NCBI GenBank assembly: GCA_964016885.1
Contig: OZ024740.1
Span: 415,400,001 to 415,464,000 of the forward strand
Source: Eledone cirrhosa
Taxonomy: Eukaryota
Direction of reading: 5' to 3'
Length of the DNA: 64,000 nt
The notes below the pieces were generated by a model that searched no databases, was not told the DNA's origin, and saw only the letters and a program-made list of their open reading frames with translations. Positions 57,201 to 64,000 of the stretch are shown one piece after another (the first letter of the stretch is position 1; the number at the start of each line of letters is the position of its first letter). The position numbers were made by a program, and so were the translations under genes.

Positions 57201-59537
57201 GTGTATGGGGGATGACAGTGAATCAGATATAGTGTGTAAGAGAGAACACTGTGGGTATGGACATTTGTTGTGTATGGGGGATGACAGTGAATCAGATATA
57301 GTGTGTAAGAGAGAACACTGTGGGTATGGACATATGTTGTGTATGGGGATGACAGTGAATCAGATATAGAGTGTAAGAGAGAACACTGTGAATATGGAAA
57401 TATGTTGGGTGTGGCGGATGACAGTGAATCAGATATAGTGTGTAAGAGAGAACACAGTGGGTATGGACATATGTTGTGTATGGGGCATGACAGTAAATCA
57501 GATATAGAATGTAAGAGAGAACACTGTGGGTATGGAGATATGTTGTGTATGGGGGATGACAGTGAATCAGTTATAGAGTGTAAGAGAGAACACTGTGGGT
57601 ATGGACATATGTTGTTTATGGGGGATGACAGTAAATCAGATATAGTGTGTAAGAGAGAACACTGTGGGTATGGACATATGTTGTGTATGGGGATGACAGT
57701 GAATCAGATATAGAGTGTAAGAGAGAACACTGTGGATATGGACATATGTTGTGTGTGGCGGATGACAGTGAATCAGATATAGTGTGTAAGAGAGAACACT
57801 GTGGGTATGGACATATGTTGTGTATGGGGCATGACAGTAAATCAGATATAGAATGTAAGAGAGAACACTGTGGGTATGGACATATGTTGTGTGTGGCGGA
57901 TGACAGTGAATCAGATATAGAGTGTAAGAGAGAACACTGTGGGTATGGAGATATGTTGTGTATGGGGGATGACAGTGAATCAGATATAGTGTGTAAGAGA
58001 GAACACTGTGGGTATGGACATATGTTGTGTATAGGGGATGACAGTGAATCAGATATAGTGTGTAAGAGAGAACACTGTGGGTATGGACATATGTTGTGTA
58101 TGGGGATGACAGTGAATCAGATATAGAGTGTAAGAGAGAACACTGTGGGTATGGACATATGTTGTGTATGGGGGATGACAGTGAATCAGATATAGAGTGT
58201 AAGAGAGAACACTGTGGGTATGGACATATGTTGTGTATGGGGATGACAGTGAATCAGATATAGTGTAAGAGAGAACACTGTGGGTATGGACATATGTTGT
58301 GTATGGGGATGACAGTGAATCAGATATAGAGTGTAAGAGAGAACACTGTGGGTATGGACATATGTTGTGTATGGGGGAAGACAGTGAATCAGATATAGAG
58401 TGTAAGAGAGAACACTGTGGGTATGGACATATGTTGTGTATGGGGCATGACAGTAAATCAGATATAGAATGTAAGAGAGAACACTGTGGGTATGGAGATA
58501 TGTTGTGTATGGGGGATGACAGTGAATCAGATATAGTGTGTAAGAGAGAACACTGTGGGTATGGACATATGTTGTGTATGGGGGATGACAGTGAATAACA
58601 TATAGTTTGTAAGAGAGAACACTGTGGGTATGGACATATGTTGTGTATGGGGTATGACAGTAAATCAGATATAGAGTGTAAGAGAGAACACTGTGGGTAT
58701 GGACATATGTTGTGTATGGGGGATGACAGTGAATCAGATATAGTGTGTAAGAGAGAACACTGTGGGTATGGACATATGTTGTTTATGGGGGATGACAGTG
58801 AATCAGATATAGTGTGTAAGAGAGAACACTGTGGGTATGGACATATGTTGTGTATGGGGGATGACAGTGAATCAGATATAGTGTGTAAGAGAGAACACTG
58901 TGGGTATGGACATATGTTGTGTATGGGGGAAGACAGTGAATCAGATATAGAGTGTAAGAGAGAACACTGTGCTTATGGACATATGTTGTGTATGCGGGAT
59001 GACAGTGAATCAGATATAGAGTGTAAGAGAGAACACTGTTGGTATGGACATATGTTGTGTATGGGGGATGACAGTGAATCAGATACAGTGTGTAAGAGAG
59101 AACACTGTGGGTATGGACATATGTTGTGTATGGGGGATGACAGTGAATCAGATATAGTGTGTAAGAGAGAACACTGTGGGTATGGACATATGTTGTGTAT
59201 GGGGGATGACAGTGAATAAGATATAGTGTGTAAGAGAGAACACTGTGGGTATGGACATATGTTGTGTATTGGGGATGACAGTAAATCATATATAGAGTGT
59301 AAAAGAGAGAACACTGTGTGTATGGACATATGTTGTGTATGGGAGATGACAGAAAATCAGATATAGTGTGTAAGAGAGAACACTGTGGGTATGGACATAT
59401 GTTGTGTATGGGGGATGACAGTGAAAAAGATATAGTGTGTAAGAGAGAACACTGTGGGTATGGACATATGTTGTGTATGGGGGAAGACAGTGAATCAGAT
59501 ATAGTGTGTAAGAGTGAACACTGTGGGTATGGATATA

Positions 59538-59632
59538 AATAATAATAATAATGAAATTATTGTGTACAGTGCTCAGGTGCACTACAACTCATCAAAGGTG
59601 CATGTATAGTACATAGAATAATGTATAAATGT
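59538..59632 (-). mobile_element. 95-bp non-satellite insertion flanked by a 5-bp ATATA direct repeat; probably a severely 5'-truncated LINE/SINE 3' end with an (ATT)5 tail on the minus strand
   Basis: The monomer is split as ...gggtatgg-ATATA(59533-59537)-[aataataataataatgaaattattgtgtacagtgctcaggtgcactacaactcatcaaaggtgcatgtatagtacatagaataatgtataaatgt]-ATATA(59633-59637)-tgttgtgtatggggg. The insertion itself is certain. The retroelement identity is inferred from the simple-repeat tail and the candidate target-site duplication. Confidence 0.6.
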
Positions 59633-62600
59633 ATATATGTTGTGTATGGGGGATGACAGTGAATCAGATATAGTATGTAAGAGAGAACACTGTGGGTATG
59701 GACATATGTTGTGTATGGGGGAAGACACTGAATCAGATATAGTGTGTAAGAGAGAACACTGTGGGTATGGACATATGTTGTGTATGGGGGATGACAGTGA
59801 ATCAGATATAGTGTGTAAGAGAGAACACTGTGGGTATGGACATATGTTGTGTATGGGGGATGACAGTGAATCAGATATAGTGTGTAAGAGAGAACACTGT
59901 GGGTATGGACATATGTTGTGTATGGGGGATGACAGTAAATCAGATATAGAGTGTGAGAGAGAACACTGTGGGTATGGACATATGTTGTGTATGGGGGATG
60001 ACAGTGAATAAGATATAGTGTGTAAGAGAGAACACTGTGGGTATGGACATATGTTGTGTATGGGGGATGACAGTGAATCAGATATAGTGTGTAAGAGAGA
60101 ACACTGTGGGTATGGACATATGTTGTGTATGGGGGATGACAGTGAATCAGATATAGTATGTAAGAGAGAACACTGTGGGTATGGACACATGTTGTGTATG
60201 GGGGATGACAGTGAATCAGATATAGTGTGTAAGAGAGAACACTGTGGGTATGGACATATGTTGTGTATGGGGGATGACAGTGAATCAGATATAGCGTGTA
60301 AGAGAGAACACTGTGGGTATGGACATATGTTGTGTATGGGGGAAGAGAGTGAATCAGATATAGTGTGTAAGAGAGAACACTGTGGGTATGGACATATGTT
60401 GTGTATGGGGGATGACAGTGAATCAGATATAGTGTGTAAGAGAGAACACTGTGGGTATGGACATATGTTGTGTATGGGGGATGACAGTGAATAAGATATA
60501 GTGTGTAAGAGAGAACACTGTGGGTATGGACATATGTTGTGTATGGGGGATGACAGTGAATCAGATATAGTGTGTAAGAGAGAACACTGTGGGTATGGAC
60601 ATATGTTGTGTATGGGGGATGACAGTGAATCAGATATAGTGTGTAAGAGAGAACACTGTGGGTATGGACATATGTTGTGTATGGGGGATGACAGTGAATC
60701 AGATATAGCGTGTAAGAGAGAAAACTGTGGGTATGGACATATGTTGTGTATGGGGGATGACAGTGAATCATATATAGAGTGTGAGAGAGAACACTGTGGG
60801 TATGGACATATATTGTGTATGGGGGATGACAGTGAATCAGATATAGAGTGTAAGAGAGAACACTGTGGGTATGGACATATGTTGTGTATGGGGGATGACA
60901 GTGAATCAGATAAAGTGTGTAAGAGAGAACACTGTGGGTATGGACATATGTTGTGTATGGTGGATGACAATGAATCAGATATAGTGTGTAAGAGAGAACA
61001 CTGTGGGTATTGACATATGTTGTGTATGGGGGTTGACAGTGAATCAGATATAGTGTGTAAGAGAGAACACTGTGGGTATGGACATATGTTGTGTATGGGG
61101 GATGACAGTAAATCAGATATAGTGTGTAAGAGAGAACACTGTGGGTATGGACATATGTTGTGTATGGTGGATGACAGTAAATCAGATATAGTGTGTAAGA
61201 GAGAACACTGTGGGTATGGACATATGTTGTGTATGGGGGATGACAGTAAATCAGATATAGTGTGTAAGAGAGAACACTGTGGGTATGGACATATGTTGTG
61301 TATGGTGGATGACGGTGAATCAGATATAGAGTGTAAGAGAGAACACTGTGGGTATGGACATATGTTGTGTATGGGGGATGACAGTAAATCAGATATAGTG
61401 TGTAAGAGAGAACACTGTGGGTATGGACATATGTTGTGTATGGGGGCTGACAGTAAATCAGATATAGTGTGTAAGAGAGAACACTGTGGGTATGGACATA
61501 TGTTGTGTATGGGGGATGACAGTGAATCAGATATAGTGTGTAAGAGAGAACACTGTGGGTATGGACATATGTTGTGTATGGGGGATGACAGTGAATCAGA
61601 TATAGAGTGTAAGAGAGAACACTGTGGGTATGGACATATGTTGTGTATGGGGGATGACAGTGAATCAGATATAGAGTGTAAGAGAGAACACTATGGGTAT
61701 GGACATATGTTGTGTATGGGGGATGACAGTGAATCAGATACAGAGTGTAAGAGAGAACACTGTGGGTATTGACATATGTTGTGTATGGGGGATGACAGTG
61801 AATCAGATATAGTGTAAGAGAGAACACTGTGGGTATGGACATATGTTGTGTATGGGGGATGACAGTGAATCAGATATTGTGTGTAAGAGAGAACACCGTG
61901 GGTATGGACATATGTTGTGTATGGGGGATGACAGTGAATCAGATATAGAGTGTAAGGAGAACACTGTGGGTATGGACATATGCTGTGTATGGGGGATGAC
62001 AGTGAATCAGATATAGTGTAAGAGAGAACACTGTGGGTATGGACATATGTTGTGTATGGGGGATGACAGTGAATCAGATATAGTGTGTAAGAGAGAACAC
62101 CGTGGGTATGGACATATGTTGTGTATGGGGGATGACAGTGAATCAGATATAGTGTGTAAGAGAGAACACTGTGGGTATTGACATATGTTGTGTATGGGGG
62201 ATGACATTGAATCAGATATAGAGTGTAAGAGAGAACACTGTGGGTATGGACATATGTTGTGTATGGGGAAGACAGTGAATCAGATATAGTGTGTAAGAGA
62301 GAACCCTCTGGGTATGGACATATGTTGTGTATGGGGATGACAGTGAATCAGATATGGAGTGTAAGAGAGAACACTGTGGGTATGGACATATGTTGTGTAT
62401 GGGGGATGACAGTAAATCAGATATAGAGTGTAAGAGAGAACACTGTGGGTATGGACATATGTTGTGTATGGGGGATGACAGTGAATCAGATATAGAGTGT
62501 AAGAGAGAACACTGTGGGTATGGACATATGTTGTGTATGGTGGTTGACAGTGAATCAGATATAGTGTGTAAGAGAGAACACAGTGGGTATGGACATATGT

Positions 62601-64000
62601 TGTGTATGGGGGAAGACAGTGAATCAGATATAGAGTGTAAGAGAGAACACTGTGGGTATGGACATATGTTGTGTATGGGGGAAGACAGTGAATCAGATAT
62701 AGTGTGTAAGAGACAACACTGTGGGTATGGACATATGTTGTGTATGGGGGATGACAGTGAATCAGATATAGTGTGTAAGAGAGAACACTGTGGGTATGGA
62801 CATATGTTGTGTATGGGGGAAGACAGTGAATCAGATATAGTGTGTAAGAGACAACACTGTGGGTATGGACATATGTTGTGTATGGGGATGACAGTGAATC
62901 AGATATAGTGTAAGAGAGAACCCTGTGTGTATGGACATATGTTGTGTATGGGGGATGACAGTGAATCAGATATAGAGTGTAAGGAGAACACTGTGGGTAT
63001 GGACATATGCTGTGTATGGGGGATGACATTGAATCAGATATAGAGTGTAAGAGAGAACACTGTGGGTATGGACATATGTTGTGTATGGGGATGACAGTGA
63101 ATCAGATATAGAGTGTAAGAGAGAACACTGTGGGTATGGACATATGTTGTGTATGGGGATGACAGTGAATCAGATATAGTGTAAGAGAGAACACTGTGGG
63201 TATTGACATATGTTGTGTATGGGGGATGACATTGAATCAGATATAGAGTGTAAGAGAGAACACTGTGGGTATGGACATATGTTGTGTATGGGGATGACAT
63301 AGAATCAGATATAGAGTGTAAGAGAGAACACTGTGGGTATGGACATATGTTGTGTATGGGGATGACAGTGAATCAGATATAGAGTGTAAGAGAGAACACT
63401 GTGGGTACGGACACATATTGTGTATGGGGGAAGACAGTGAATCAGATATAGTGTGTAAGAGAGAACACTGTGGGTATGGACATATGTTGTGTATGGGGGA
63501 TGACAGTAAATCAGATATAGTGTGTATGAGAGAAAACTGTGGGTATGGACATATGTTGTGTATGGTGGATGACAGTGAATCAGATATTGTGTGTAAGAGA
63601 GAACACTGTGTGTATGGACATATGTTGTGTATGGGGGATGACAGTGAATCAGATATATAATGTAATAGAGAACACTGTGGGTATGGACATATGTTGTGTA
63701 TGGGGGATGACAGTGAATCAGATATAGTATGTAAGAGAGAACACTGTGGGTATGGACATATGTTGTGTATGGGGGATGACAGTGAATCAGATATAGTGTG
63801 TAAGAGAGAACACTGTGGGTATGGACAATGTTGTGTATGGGGGATGACAGTGAATCAGATATAGTGTGTAAGAGAGAACACTGTGGGTATGGACATATGT
63901 TGTGTATGGGGATGACAGTGAATCAGATATAGAGTGTAAGAGAGAACAATGTGAATATGGAAATATGTTGGGTGTGGCGGATGACAGTGAATCAGATATA

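Larger units (their letters stand above)
1168..64000. repeat. Satellite DNA / macrosatellite: tandem array of a 69-bp monomer, ~910 copies, all in the same orientation, truncated by the window end
   Basis: Seen directly: the consensus GGGTATGGACATATGTTGTGTATGGGGGATGACAGTGAATCAGATATAGTGTGTAAGAGAGAACACTGT recurs every 69 bp from ~1,171. Most monomers differ from it at only a few positions. Copy number is estimated as ~62.7 kb / 69. Consensus composition counted by hand: G24 A21 T19 C5 (42% GC), no CpG. Confidence 0.99.

Noticed and set aside
1171-64000. CRISPR array
   Set aside because: The whole 69-bp unit repeats; there are no unique spacers between constant repeats and no cas genes.
1171-64000. 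Telomeric repeat, tRNA, 5S or snRNA tandem gene cluster
   Set aside because: There is no TTAGGG-type unit and no A/B-box or cloverleaf. The extreme G-over-C skew leaves little capacity for a stable RNA fold.

Overview
About 98% of this window (~1,170-64,000, running off the right end) is one head-to-tail tandem array of a 69-bp monomer, consensus GGGTATGGACATATGTTGTGTATGGGGGATGACAGTGAATCAGATATAGTGTGTAAGAGAGAACACTGT, roughly 910 copies. It looks like eukaryotic satellite or macrosatellite DNA; the CpG-free, TpG-rich consensus would fit a methylated animal genome, but I cannot identify the species. The many long ORFs arise because 69 is divisible by 3 and three of six frames of the consensus have no stop. 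Stop codons and frameshifts are freely copied along the array, so I call no protein-coding gene. The structure I can support is: (i) the monomer appears to be an old dimer of 33+36-bp halves; (ii) nested higher-order repeats and segmental duplications with periods of 7, 21, 31, 55, 56, 65 and 102 monomers; (iii) two variant domains meeting near 38.4 kb, plus a degenerate, indel-rich zone after ~57.3 kb; (iv) a single net 100-bp foreign insertion at ~59.54 kb with a 5-bp flanking duplication and an (AAT)5 end, resembling a truncated retroelement 3' end; (v) a 1.17-kb unique left flank with a trinucleotide microsatellite and a decayed ~142-146-bp tandem duplication. I found no CRISPR array, RNA gene or recognisable gene, and no evidence for a new gene system; any novelty is in the satellite's architecture.
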